64,000 nucleotides of DNA. It comes from Lama glama. Lineage: Eukaryota. Under the pieces are notes generated by a model. That model was not told the origin of the DNA, made no database searches, and was given only the letters and a program-made list of their open reading frames with translations. The stretch's first letter is position 1. Every line of letters begins with the position of its first letter. The stretch is from NCBI GenBank assembly GCA_028534125.1, contig CM052817.1, forward strand, positions 50,532,001-50,596,000. Direction: 5' to 3'. This document shows positions 1 through 12,062 of this stretch, piece after piece. The position numbers and the translations under genes were made by a program.

Positions 1-1132
1 CATGGGTATTTGAAAATTTCTGACAATTGGAATGTCATGCCCAGAAGGCTGCTTAAGAAGATTAATTTGGCAATAAAATGCGATGTAGATGAGAATTGGG
101 AGATACCAGAGGCAGAGTTACCAAATAGACATTCTTACAAGGACACCAATTTGAGATACTTAAAATAATATTAAAAGTCCTATGGGAAAGAGAAAGTAAT
201 TAGAATTGAAAGCCTACTATGGACCAGCGCTCTACTGGGTATCCTGGATGACTGAATACATTATATCATTTACATGTCATTATCCCTGTATTTTGTAGTG
301 CTCTTAGAAATGGAGACAGTTATATGAGAGAAATGCTTCCTAGAGAGAGTCAACACAATTGACTATGATAGGTTATAGAAACTTACCAGAGATAATTCTG
401 AAGCTTCAACTTTAAAGTTCTAAATGGGGATAGGTCAGGGTGATTACAGTTGCAGATGATGAAACTACTCTTGGAAATTTTGAATCTGAGAGGTTAACTT
501 CTATCTAAAGCACAGCGGCTGATTGTGATACGTGTCTAGTCAGAGAAGTTCGGGTTAGGAAGAACATTCAATCAATGGTAAAACAATAGTGATGAAAATA
601 ATAGCACAGGCACAGTGCTAAATGCTTTATCTCATATGTCCCACTATAATCCTATGAAATATATAATATCATTTAAACATTTTTCACATATATTAGTCAA
701 TTTAGAGAATAATAATTAGGTATTTTACCAGGAATGGATTTGATAGAATACACACTTAAAAAACTTTGGTAGGATAGGAGTAAATTCCAGAGAAGACCAC
801 TACTGGATATGAGGAAATTAGGAATTGTTAAAATGATAGAAAAATGCTGATCATCTCTGTTGTCTGCAGTACCAAAGCATATGATTTTTCTGGACTTCTC
901 CCAAAGCTACTAAAATCTTCATAAATACCTTCTGCTCTTGCATATACCTGTTACCATTAGAACAGAATAATGGTTTCTCCTTCTCTTGTACCTTCTAATT
1001 TTTGTACAAGTTTTGTCATTGATTGGAATGTGAACCTGACCTCTATTGGCAAATAGATCTGGGAAATGTATTTTCGAGGCTTCCAGTCACTGAGGAAAGA
1101 ATTTAGAGTTCAGTCTTGATGGAAACCATCAA

Positions 1133-1148
1133 CATACACACACACACA

Positions 1149-1182
<34 letters not shown>
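1133..1182. repeat. (CA)n microsatellite
   Basis: About 25 CA units with two interruptions, seen directly. Confidence 0.95.
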
Positions 1183-1185
<3 letters not shown>

Positions 1186-1295
1186 CCTAAATTTAGCAAG
1201 TTAAATGATTTGCCTAAGGGTTCTAGTTGGAAAGTCATGGAAGCAAGATTTAAGACCAAGTTTATTCAATGTCAAAATTCATGGTCTTAACTAGG
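1183..1295 (-). mobile_element. MIR SINE fragment
   Basis: aagttaaatgatttgcctaagg...gaagcaagatttaagaccaag resembles the antisense MIR core (aggttaagtgacttgcccaagg...gggattcgaacccagg). Confidence 0.6.
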
Positions 1296-2691
1296 AGATG
1301 ATATAGCCAGTGAACCAGGGGCAGAACAACAGAGGAGAGATGACCAGGTTGGTAAATCAATACTTTGTCTGTGACTTGAGCTAACCAATGAGTCCTCAGT
1401 AATGGGACTTTCTAACCACCCACAACAGTCCCCCTATGATAGAATCTGTTTTAAGTATCTTCCAGAGCTAGAAAGTTCAAAAGTACCCATTTAACTTAGA
1501 AAACAGTCTATCCACATTTTTACTTCCTTCCTGTGATTTGACTTTGATGGGCTCTAAAATATCACAAAGTGAATGCGGAAAGAAGTTAGTGGGGCAAGAG
1601 CTGAAACTCATTATGTCTCTTACCCTACCGCAGGCGACATCTATAGGACCAAGTGGATGGACTAAATAGAAAACTTACCCTCTGAATAAAAACTGAATCA
1701 TAGATTAACACCTGATATTAGAATTAATCAATTAGAGTTGCCTAGAAATTTCCATTATCTGAGAGTAGAAATAAAACTTATGACATTGACCCCAGTTTCC
1801 ATATTAGCCCAGGGGAAGATTCCCCCACTGAATTAAATTTAAAGAAGGAAGAGGAGGTAAAAATGCAGTTGCATTTGATCACGTTGTATATGTTGTATGG
1901 TCAAAACACTAGTTCTATCAATGTTTAGGACACTTAGACCAGAACAGAATGTAGGCACTGATTGAAAACTAAGGAAAACAAGAAGAGGAAAAATATAAGT
2001 GCATTCTACAGAGGTATATTTTAAGTGTATTAAGTATATCTCTCTATAAATCTTAATGTAATCTTAAATATATTAAGATTAATCCATTTTAGTTATTTTA
2101 ATGCAATCAACAAGGATATCTGGGGCTCTGACAGACAGGGACAAAATATGTAATGTAACCCAAGATCTATGTCACTCCTGTATAATATGACACAGAATTT
2201 TCCCTATTTATTTGTAATTCTTTAAAAATAATAATATGCATTACAAAATATAAAATAGAATTTTTTTAAGAAAAACATTTATCCTCATGAGTGTTTCACT
2301 TGTTTTGGTTTTCAAATTACTAAGAATGCTATTAAGCAAGTATCATTTTTGCTATATCTTGCCTTTTCTTGCTTAGACAAAATCCTGTTTTCTTCCTCTT
2401 GTGTTTCTTCTTATGTTTTCACAGTCTATCACTGATAAAATTCCATTGACATGTTTTATATTTGAGAAACTTTAAAGTAGTGATCACTGTACGTCTTTGC
2501 TGTAAAACATGCAAATAAATGCATTCTGATTTATTTTTTTCCTCCTAACAGGTTCTGACTAGTTTTAAATGAGAAATTATTGAAAATGAAAATAGGAAAT
2601 CAGAGGTGGAAAACCAGAGTATTTTCTTTCTAAAAGTTACATAGTTCTAGCAGAAACCAATCTGGGGATTACAATTTAGATTTAAGGTGGC

Positions 2692-2732
<41 letters not shown>

Positions 2733-2876
2733 GCTATATAGAGAGCAACTATATGTATATAGATAACATATATATGTATATGACATATATAATATGATGT
2801 CATCTGTATGACATTATATATAACATGACATTATATGTAATATATAATATATATGTTAAGTGGCCACACACACACA
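2692..2876. repeat. (CA)n plus degenerate (TA)n low-complexity tract
   Basis: CA run at 2695-2725, an AT-rich tract, then a second short CA run. Both CA runs are preceded by GTGGCCA. Confidence 0.85.
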
Positions 2877-5699
2877 ATTCATCCATAAATTTTTTCTTAT
2901 TAACCCACTCTCTAAATTTAAGGATTTAGATGACATTAACTCCAAGCTCCTTTTTACAGTTACAAAATGCTAAAAATAACTACTTTAAAAAAATCAATTC
3001 TATATGCTGATAATTTTCAATATACATATACTTTGACTGTCTTAGAATAAATGCATAAAATTCAAAGTAGCCTTTCAATAACTACTATAATTATTACTAG
3101 TGCATGTTGGCACAGTTACAATATTTCAGCAATTCCACATTGGTTGCTAAAACTCTACTCTCTGAGAATCCTTCACTGTCCCAGATGCCACCACCCCGCC
3201 CCCACACCCAGCTGACCATCAACAAAATCCAAGAAGTAAAGGATTCACCGGCACAGCAGGCCCTGTAGAACTCTTTTCTGATGTGTTCTGATTGGCTGAA
3301 GCCTGGGCTATGCCACTTACTAACTGCAAAGTCACCCCTGATGATTACAATTAAAAATAAAAAAGGATACTTGGAACAAAATTATGTGTGTATACATTAA
3401 ACAAAACATTTTATGGTACATTCTAAAAGTCTGTAAAGGTGATTAGCTGCTTTGAAATTTATTCCGTTTTTAAATACTGCAATTCTCCCTGATGCTGTCT
3501 AATTGTTGTGTTGGAATGATCACAAACATCTTTTGTAGGCCAAATAGCATATTACACATCTGTCAAAACTACACTTTATTAATATATAACTGTGTTTACA
3601 AAGCATCTCTGAACACTTTAGGATTGTTCTGGCTGCTTGCTTTATGCTTATTTTTTTTTCCCTTAATATGTTTATATTTTTCTAGTCATTTGTAGAAATG
3701 AAAATGTACCAGAATGAACAGTCTCACACCTCTGGGACCCAGTTTGAATTTCAAGGTTAATATTGTATTCTGTTCTTCATTTCAATAGAATAGCAAAGTT
3801 AAATTTGAAGCAAGACACTAATAATAAATCTTTCTGATGAAAATACTGTATTTGTGAAATCAATAATAAACCACAGGACATTAAAGAGATGGATTGCCCC
3901 ACCATTATAGAACTCCATGTTCTCTATGGTGAATTGCATTTATTTGTTAGGATAATTGATCCAAATTTTAAGTTCTCCTCTAATGATATTTAGACAATTT
4001 GCCTTGAAATTGCTATTGGGTACACTAGTTACTCACTGAGCAATCACCGAACACATATATTCTTTTAGGTGCTTGTACTGACTTCTAAATAAGTAATAAA
4101 ATAATGCTTCCAGGATATTAGGGCTTCATGAGGCCTCTTTAGACTCCTGGCTATCACAGTAACTTAAGAAACAAGTGTGAAAAACAGAAAGGACCTTCAT
4201 GGGTTTTTGTTACCAAAAAGAAATTCCAGTTGTGAACTACCCACACGCCATTACTGTTTTCCCAGTCACCAGCTGGCATTATTATCCCTTTCCTTTTCCA
4301 ACAGAGGGTGGGGCATTTACTTAGATTTGCCTGATCCAAAAGAAGAGGAATTTCACTCACACAAAATGGCAGTGTTAGTAGGAACATGAGAGAATAAGTA
4401 TGTATTTTTTTCATAGATTCTTATCTCAAACTGCTTATATTGTTTAAAGGTTTGCTTGTTTGTTTGTATTAATTTTTAGTGAAGTCCCAGCTTTGGGGCA
4501 AGGTTAAGGTGAAAAGATAAAGTGGGATTAAGGAAGAATTAGAAACATCGGCAAATCATTAGCCATGACTATTTGCATATCCTAGAAGGGGCATTAAATA
4601 ATAAAAATGATAATCATGATAAGGCAGAAGGATTCTTTAAATTTAGAAAGCAGGGAGAAATGTTATATTTTCATAAAACTATATTCAGGGATATTTCAAA
4701 AGGAAATATAAGAGAAAATTTCTTTTTATAAATTATGTAAAATAATTTTTTATGATCATGAAAATCAGTGGATAAGGAGGGATGGTCAATAATTGAGAAT
4801 TAATTATGAAAAACAGAGCAATTCTGCAGGCTTTAGAACAATGATCTAATGGCTGGAAAGAGGTAGACAAATTAAAATACGGAACTTACTCCAACAGAAA
4901 AATTTACAACCCTGAGAATCATCAGTTTTATATTGTCAAAAACATCTAGAAGAATAATATTTAAATTCCACACAGATTAATTGCTCCTTCTTGTTTCTAG
5001 TCACTTAAAAAATTAACTACAGTGTGCAGTAAAGAATTAGACTAAGAGAAAAATAGGAAAAGGCTTAATTCATGACAAGCTGATTAGATAAATTCATGAA
5101 AAAAATTAAAACATACCTCAAAGCTCTAAGAGACCAAATGCAGCAGTAAAGGTTAAGGGAACCCAATGTAATCAGAGAACAATTGGAGATGGCAAGACAT
5201 TATGTTTTTCCCATACAGTAATTACCAAAACCATCTGAAAGTTAAATACGAATGCAGAGTTTAAACCATTGGTTCACTGCTAAGGTTTTCGTCTGAGAGA
5301 ATTTGTTGATTAACCTGAAATCAATTTTAGTAGAAGTGAATGAAACATCTGGTTGCATTTATACTGTTTTGCCCTAATAAGTATCACTAGCTTATCACCA
5401 TCAAGAACTGCAGGTCTGTTGCCTGATTTATTTAGATAAGGAAAATTTTCCATATTATGGTTTTGTGTTGCTTCTCCACTGTTTTGGGCAAAGAAAATGG
5501 AATATTCTACTATGATACTTTATTTAACTCTTTACTTTATACTCTTTATACTTCTACTTCTTTAACTCTTATACTTCTAAAATAATTATGCCTTGAGATT
5601 TTAAGAAGAATAGAAATAATTATCTTCTAGAAAGAACACTGATAACCAACAGATACAAGTACATAAATCCTGCCGGCCTGTCACTCTTCTCTCCATAGA

Positions 5700-5842
5700 T
5701 AAACTCACTTGTTCTTCACACCAAACCTAAGAGTTAGGTACTACTATTATTGTCTCCATGTTACAGATGAGAAAACTGAGGCACAGAGTAGTAGCTTGCC
5801 CTGGTCACACAGTTAGTCAGTCTCAAAGTCCAGGTTGTCTCG
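5700..5842 (-). mobile_element. MIR SINE
   Basis: ttacagatgagaaaactgaggcacagag...cttgccctggtcacacagttagt is the antisense MIR core. Confidence 0.85.
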
Positions 5843-5895
5843 TCTGGAAGCAGATTCTAAGATATCTCCTAATGATCACCATCTCCTGGTATACA

Positions 5896-6533
5896 GGTAT
5901 AGAGTTTTCTATTGATACCTTAACAAATTATCACAAGTTTAGCAGCCTAAAACTACACACATTTATTGTATTATAATTTCTTTGGATTATAAGTCTGGAC
6001 ACTGCAAGTCTCACAGGTTGAAGCCATGATGTCATCAGGGCTGGGTTCCTTCTGGAGGCTCCAGGAGAAAATATGTTTCTAGGCTCTTCAAGGTTTGTAG
6101 CCAAAGTCAGTTCCCATGGCTATAGGACTGAGGTCCTATTTCTTTGTTGTCTGTAAAGCAGGGGTCATTTTGAGCTTCTAGAGCTGTCCACCTTCCCTGG
6201 CATGTGGCTTCCTTTCTCAGTCTTCAAAGCCAGTGAGAAGGTAGAATCCTGAGTCTTTCTGACCTTCTGTTCTGCCTCCTCTCTTCTCTGCTTTCCTTTC
6301 TCCTCATGTCTCTGATACCAATCAGAGAAAATTCTTGGCTTTTAGGTGCTCATATGATTAGATTGGACCCCCCTGGGTAATCCATGTGGATAATCTCCTT
6401 ACTGATTAGGCTGGTTGATTAATGACTTTAATTTAATCATCAAAGCCCCCTCACACCAGTGCCTAGATTAGTGTTTGAATGACTAAAGGATGAGAATTTT
6501 GTGGGGAGGATTTTACGAATTCTGTCTATTACA
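5896..6533 (-). mobile_element. MaLR LTR (MLT1E-like) nested in the MLT1F/G-like LTR
   Basis: Begins agttttctattgataccttaacaaattatcacaagtttagcagcctaaaac and ends gaattctgtctattaca, which are typical antisense MLT1 termini. Confidence 0.8.
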
Positions 6534-6738
6534 CATCCCTTTGTATAATCTCCTCTCTTCAAAGATGAGCTGGCCTAGCCACTCACATATAACCAATACA
6601 GCAAATATAATAAGATGCTACTTCCATGATGATATATGATTGTGATTTCTGTCTTGCTAGCAGAATTTTTAGCTGGCTTTGATGAAGCCAGCTGCCATGT
6701 TTGAGAGGAAACAGTGGCAGGGAACTAAGTTAGGGTGG

Positions 6739-7033
6739 TGTCGGCAGCCTTAAGTGAGTAGGCTGTGGGGCCCAGGCCAAAGTTCACAATCACTTGAAGT
6801 AAATGTACACATGTGCCACTAGCATGAGTCAGCATTATGATCAATATGCATGCGCCACTAGCATTATAAAAGGACAAGTGCGTACACCTGAGGCACCTGC
6901 CATCTGCTTGTACTGCAATAAAGTGCTGTTTTGCTCCATGTCAGCTCCTCGTGCATTGTATCAGCTCCTCGCGCTTTCTTCCAGTTGGGCAGCTTACCTC
7001 CTCGAATCCCTCTTTAGCCTCCCTAGGCTGACA
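6739..7033 (+). mobile_element. Short solo LTR (295 bp) with a 5-bp TSD; probably ERVL/class III type
   Basis: TG...CA termini; perfect GGTGG duplication at 6734-6738 and 7034-7038; TATAAAA at 6865-6871; AATAAA at 6917-6922; imperfect terminal inverted repeat. Confidence 0.85.
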
Positions 7034-7234
7034 GGTGGCTTCTGGTCTTTAACCAGCAAAGAATTGATATCCTTAGTCCAACGTCCTGCATGGAACTAAA
7101 TCCTGCCAACAATCACATAAATTTGGAAATGGGTCCTTCCCCAGTCAAAGCTTTGGTCCCCACGTTGGCCAACACATTAATTGCAGCCGTTTGAAACTAT
7201 CTGAAGCAGAGGACACAGTTAAGTCAGGATGAAC

Positions 7235-7734
7235 NNNNNNNNNNNNNNNNNNNNNNNNNNNNNNNNNNNNNNNNNNNNNNNNNNNNNNNNNNNNNNNNNN
7301 NNNNNNNNNNNNNNNNNNNNNNNNNNNNNNNNNNNNNNNNNNNNNNNNNNNNNNNNNNNNNNNNNNNNNNNNNNNNNNNNNNNNNNNNNNNNNNNNNNNN
7401 NNNNNNNNNNNNNNNNNNNNNNNNNNNNNNNNNNNNNNNNNNNNNNNNNNNNNNNNNNNNNNNNNNNNNNNNNNNNNNNNNNNNNNNNNNNNNNNNNNNN
7501 NNNNNNNNNNNNNNNNNNNNNNNNNNNNNNNNNNNNNNNNNNNNNNNNNNNNNNNNNNNNNNNNNNNNNNNNNNNNNNNNNNNNNNNNNNNNNNNNNNNN
7601 NNNNNNNNNNNNNNNNNNNNNNNNNNNNNNNNNNNNNNNNNNNNNNNNNNNNNNNNNNNNNNNNNNNNNNNNNNNNNNNNNNNNNNNNNNNNNNNNNNNN
7701 NNNNNNNNNNNNNNNNNNNNNNNNNNNNNNNNNN
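7235..7734. other. Assembly gap (500 N)
   Basis: Run of exactly 500 N. Confidence 1.
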
Positions 7735-8665
7735 GAACTGAATCTAAAGTTTATATGGAGAAAGAAAAGATTCATAATAGCCCACAGAATATTGAAGGAA
7801 AAGAACAAAGTTGGAAGACTGACACTACCCAACTTGAAGACTTTCTATAAAGCTACAGAAATCAAGATAGTGTGGTATTGCTCCAAGAATGGAATGGATA
7901 TTTACAGCAGCTTCATTCTTAATTGCTAGAACTTAGAAGTTACTAAGATGTCCTTGGAAGTACCTAAGATATAGGTGAATGAATAAAAAACTGTGGTATA
8001 TCCAGACAGTGGAATATTATTCAACACTAAAAGGAAGTGAGCTATTAAGCCAGGAAAATACTTGGAAGAAACTAAAGTGCATATTACTAAGTGAAAGAAG
8101 CCAATTTGAAAAGGCTACATACTGTATGACTCCAACTACATTACATCCTGGAAAGGACAAAACTATGGAGACAGTAATAAGGTAAGTGGAAGAAACTAAA
8201 GTGCATATTACTAAGTGAAAGAAGCCAATTTGAAAAGGCTGCATACTGTATGACTCCAACTACATTACATCCTGGAAAGGACAAAACTATGGAGACAGTA
8301 ATAAGGTAAGTAGCTGCCAAGAGTTAGATAGGGGTGGAGAAACAAATAACATGCAGCATGGAGGATTTTTAGGGCACTGAAAACACTGTATGATGTAATA
8401 ATGGATACATGTCATTGTCCACAACCACAGACTGTACAACAATAAAAGTGAAATCTAATGCAAACTATGGAGTTTGGGTGATTATGAGAAATCATTGTAG
8501 GTTCATCAGTTGACACAAATGTACCACTATGGTGAGGGATATTCATAATAGGGGAGCTATGCATATGTAGTGGTGGTGGATTTATGGTAAACCTCTCTAC
8601 CTTTCTCTTGATTTTGCTGTGAAGCTAAAACTGCTCTGAAAAAATGAAATCTTGTTTAAAATAAT
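7735..8665 (+). mobile_element. L1 3' region (L1MC1/2-like): short ORF2 piece, internal deletion, 3' UTR
   Basis: ORF2-like aagaacaaagttggaagactgacactacccaacttgaagac, then the L1MC-type UTR gaaagaagccaatttgaaaaggctacatactgtatgactcc...gtgaaatctaatgcaaactatggagtttgggtg. Confidence 0.85.
8063..8310 (+). repeat. 124-bp tandem duplication
   Basis: 8063-8186 and 8187-8310 are identical except A8117/G8241. Confidence 0.95.
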
Positions 8666-9854
8666 AACAGGTACAAAGTAAGAAAAGGAAAAACTAGTGG
8701 GCTGATTCGTTCTATATTCCCCGCCCCCCTGCCCCCGCCATGAAACTGAGATGGTTTACCCAAGAGAAAAACTCCTCAGAAACTTTGATGTCTGCAAAAA
8801 GTAATTCAGGGAGAACTTTTTGATTCATATTTTGTTCTTATAGTAAAATCCGAAATCTGTTAGTTTAAAAACTTTTCTTTCCGTCAACACTTTTTCTTTC
8901 TTTTCTTTATTTTCCTTGAAATCAAATATATTTTACTGAAGCTGATTTTCACACATAGAGTTTATGGTCATTATTAAATTTATAGTAAAGCAATAGCATA
9001 CACAAGACAGCATGTATATTATCATCAGTGTCAGAAATAAGATCTCTTAGGAAGAGTAAGGCCAGGGAGTTGTAGAGATCAGTAATTTTGACAAAATTAA
9101 AATTAACCTTGTGTATTTAGGTGGTATTGGTTGGATTTTTTGGAAGCAAAAATTTGTAATGCCTGTAAGTATAAGCGTTATGTTTAGAGTTAAAAACTCC
9201 ATAAAACAACAATAGGGAATAGGTATATAAATACATGAGAATTCACATCTCAGTTTAGTGTGTATATTTAGTCAAAACACTGAGAAATGAAAGCTGCCTA
9301 AGGGACGACATGTTAGTTGACTTTTGTATAGTTGATTGGAAATTTCATATTGCATTAATAAACTGTTGTGTGGTGATTGATCAAAATGGCCATGCCATGA
9401 AGTGATTTAACTGTTGAGAAAGCAAAAATAATCATGTCTTTTATTCTGCCATGGTACAGCTTATTGTGCTTATCTAAACAAACTTAACCATCAGTTTCTG
9501 CAGCTTAACTATAAACACTATTAATTGTAAATTACCATTTAAGTACTGTATACAGGGTTATGTAAAATGAATCATATATTGTTTATTCCCTAGATTTCAT
9601 AGTGTTCATGTCAATTTTATTTTGATGGTAAGTATCATGGTAACAGTAGTCAAATCTTTTTTTTTTTAACTAAGGTAAATTTTTTCTTATGTAATTTAAT
9701 GGGTATCAATTATTTTTGCTTGATTTATTCTGTACTTGAGAAAAATGAAAAATAAAGTTCTGAGTTAATATTCAAATATTTTTCATAGTATTAATTTGTT
9801 GAATTTTTGAAGGAAAAAAAATCACAGGGATTCCTTTTTAGAAATTCTTTCAGA

Positions 9855-10120
9855 GAAGCAGCATGTTTTAGTATTTAAGCAAGTACGCTGGGAAGGAAGC
9901 TGGTCTTAAGCTTCCTTGGGATGAAGCCCTGTCCCATCCCTTTTCTCCACTGTGACACTGTGCAATTTCTTTGGCCTTCCTCTCTTCCTCTGAGTCTCCT
10001 AATTTAATGGGCTAGTGGTAATGTTTATCTTACAGAGATTTTTTGACTCTTTGGTGAAAGAGAATATGGAGCATTTAGCACAAATTCTGACAGATATCAA
10101 ATACTCCATTAACTCTTATT
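9855..10120 (+). mobile_element. MIR SINE (diverged)
   Basis: ctgtgacactgtgcaa...ctctgagtctc...atggagcatttagcacaaattctgacaga follows the MIR layout. Confidence 0.55.
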
Positions 10121-10459
10121 TTTAAAAAGTGATTATTTTCTTATTACATTTATTGAGATTTTTAGTTAGCAAGGTGGTGGGCACCAACTAACCTACAAGG
10201 CTACTTGCTGTCTCCTTTCTGATCTCATTTTGCTTCTTCAGTTAGAGCGGAACCCTGGCTTCTTGCCTACTGTCTTGTCTGTTGTTCACAGTGATTCTGC
10301 TTCTCCACTGTGGCCACACAACTCAGGATGCTTCAGTGAAGGCACTATCTGCTTTATCCAGATATGGGTGATAACTGCTGTCTTTACTTTTCTCTCCTTC
10401 ACCACCTTCCCTTTTCTCCTCTCCTCTTCTTCCTCCTCCCTATTCCTCTTCTTTCTATT

Positions 10460-11100
10460 TTTTTTTTTGGTGAACTATAATAATATATATGGTATGAAGA
10501 ATGATTTAAAGGCAAATCACTAGTGAAATCCAAGCCAATAAATAGAACATTGCTAGTGGCCCGGATGAATTTATATACTTTTCCCTGATCACAACCTCTT
10601 CCCTTTTCCAGAAATAATGACTATATTTTTCTGGTAATTATCTTGATTTTCTTTGTAGTTTTACTCTCTACATATGAATCCCTCAACAATATACTTATTT
10701 CATCTGTTATCACATTTTATGTATGTGTGTAGAATTATCCTGAAATACTCTTTTGTGTCTTACTTCTTTAGTTCACTATTAAGTTTTGAGATTCATTTAT
10801 ATTGTTGTTGGTGTATTCTATTTTATTGAACGTATACCACCTTTTATTTGCCTTTTCTATTGTTAGTCTACTGCACCTTTGCAAGAATTTCTCTGGGATA
10901 TATATTTAGCAGTGGGACTATTGGGTTATAAGGTTGGCGCATCTTTGACTTTAATCAATAATGCCAAACCTTGACAAAATGGTTGTTAACAATTTACATT
11001 TCCACTATTAAGGTATAGAGATTCCTCAATGCTCCACATACTGACTAATATTTAGTGTTGTTAAATTTTAACTTTTGCAAGCCTTATGTGTGTGTACTTG
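10460..11100 (-). mobile_element. Old L1 (L1ME-like) 3' region
   Basis: aagttttgagattcatttatattgttg...gaatttctctgggatatatatttagcagtggg...aatttacatttcccac are typical antisense L1ME blocks. Confidence 0.75.
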
Positions 11101-11972
11101 CATAAGCTGCTTTTTTTCAAATAATAGATTTAAGGCTGCATAAGGGATCAACTATGCAAATGTATTCTATCTTTGAAAGCTTTCTCAATTTTTGAATATA
11201 ATAGAGAACTAAGTCATAAAATAAATGTCATTGTTTTCTAAAATAGTGAAAAGAAGAAAGACAGAACTGAGAATTTATTTGAAAAAACCTTGGCAAAGCT
11301 AGTTAATCAATAAAATAGAAGTGACTAAATATTAGTCCAGTCTTGAAAAAATTTAATATTTTTATTTCATTTATAACCTGCAGTTATATTTGGCTTTGGG
11401 TATAATCTTAGATTTTCTGTTTACTCTTTCTGTCTCTTCCTGGCCACACTTTGATGGTCTCTATCTCTTTCACCACTATTATTCTGGTCCATCTCTGGAT
11501 ATCTTTGCTATTTTTCAGGTTATATGTGATCACTGCTCTAGGGTCAGACATTCTGAATGTTAACTTACCCATTCTTTCAACTACCTTGAGCTCAGGTTTT
11601 ATCTACCTCCAAACCCAACTCCAAATGCTAACCCATCTGTTAATTTCTTTGACTCTGCTCTTTGAATGTTCAGTTCTATGGTGAATCACTCCTTCACATC
11701 CTCCTATCACTTCAACTTCTCTTAAATCATTGGAAGAAAACTTTATTCCCCTCCCAAAAGAACCATTCTTTTCCCCTGATTTTCTCAACACGTATATCTA
11801 GTAAGGGATCTGATAAAATAATTTACTGCTACTATTTCATGATCATATATTTATTCACTATCATCACTAAACAACACCTTCTTTCCTAAATACTTTGTTT
11901 CCTCTTCCTCAACACAGTTATCCCTAACTCTAGAATAACTTATTCCTTCTATTGTATCTGGCCTACAGTCTT

Positions 11973-12062
11973 CTTCTTCTTCTTTTTTTTTTTTTTTTTC
12001 GGATTGAACCCAGAACCTCATGCATGCTAACCACACACTCTACCACTGAGCTATACCCTCCC
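11973..12062 (-). mobile_element. tRNA-derived SINE (Vic-1-like), head only plus poly(A)
   Basis: Reverse complement is GGGAGGGTATAGCTCAGTGGTAGAGTGTGTGGTTAGCATGCATGAGGTTCTGGGTTCAATCCG followed by poly(A). TSD ctaca(g/a)tctt at 11963-11972 and 12064-12073. Confidence 0.85.

Larger units (their letters stand above)
5843..7234 (+). mobile_element. MaLR LTR (MLT1F/G-like), split into three pieces (5843-5895, 6534-6738, 7034-7234) by two later LTR insertions; runs into the gap
   Basis: 5' piece cagattctaagatatctcctaatgatcaccatctcctggtat continues as tccctttgtataatctcc...ggctttgatgaagccagctgccatgt, then ggaactaaatcctgccaacaatcac...ccttccccagtc. All three match MLT1F-type consensus features in colinear order. 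Confidence 0.75.

Noticed and set aside
7224..7832. Long ORFs (202 aa and 170 aa)
   Set aside because: They consist of X residues from the 500-N gap.
8719..8739. G-rich tract on the minus strand (possible G-quadruplex or GC box)
   Set aside because: Only three long G runs, isolated, with no CpG island or other support.
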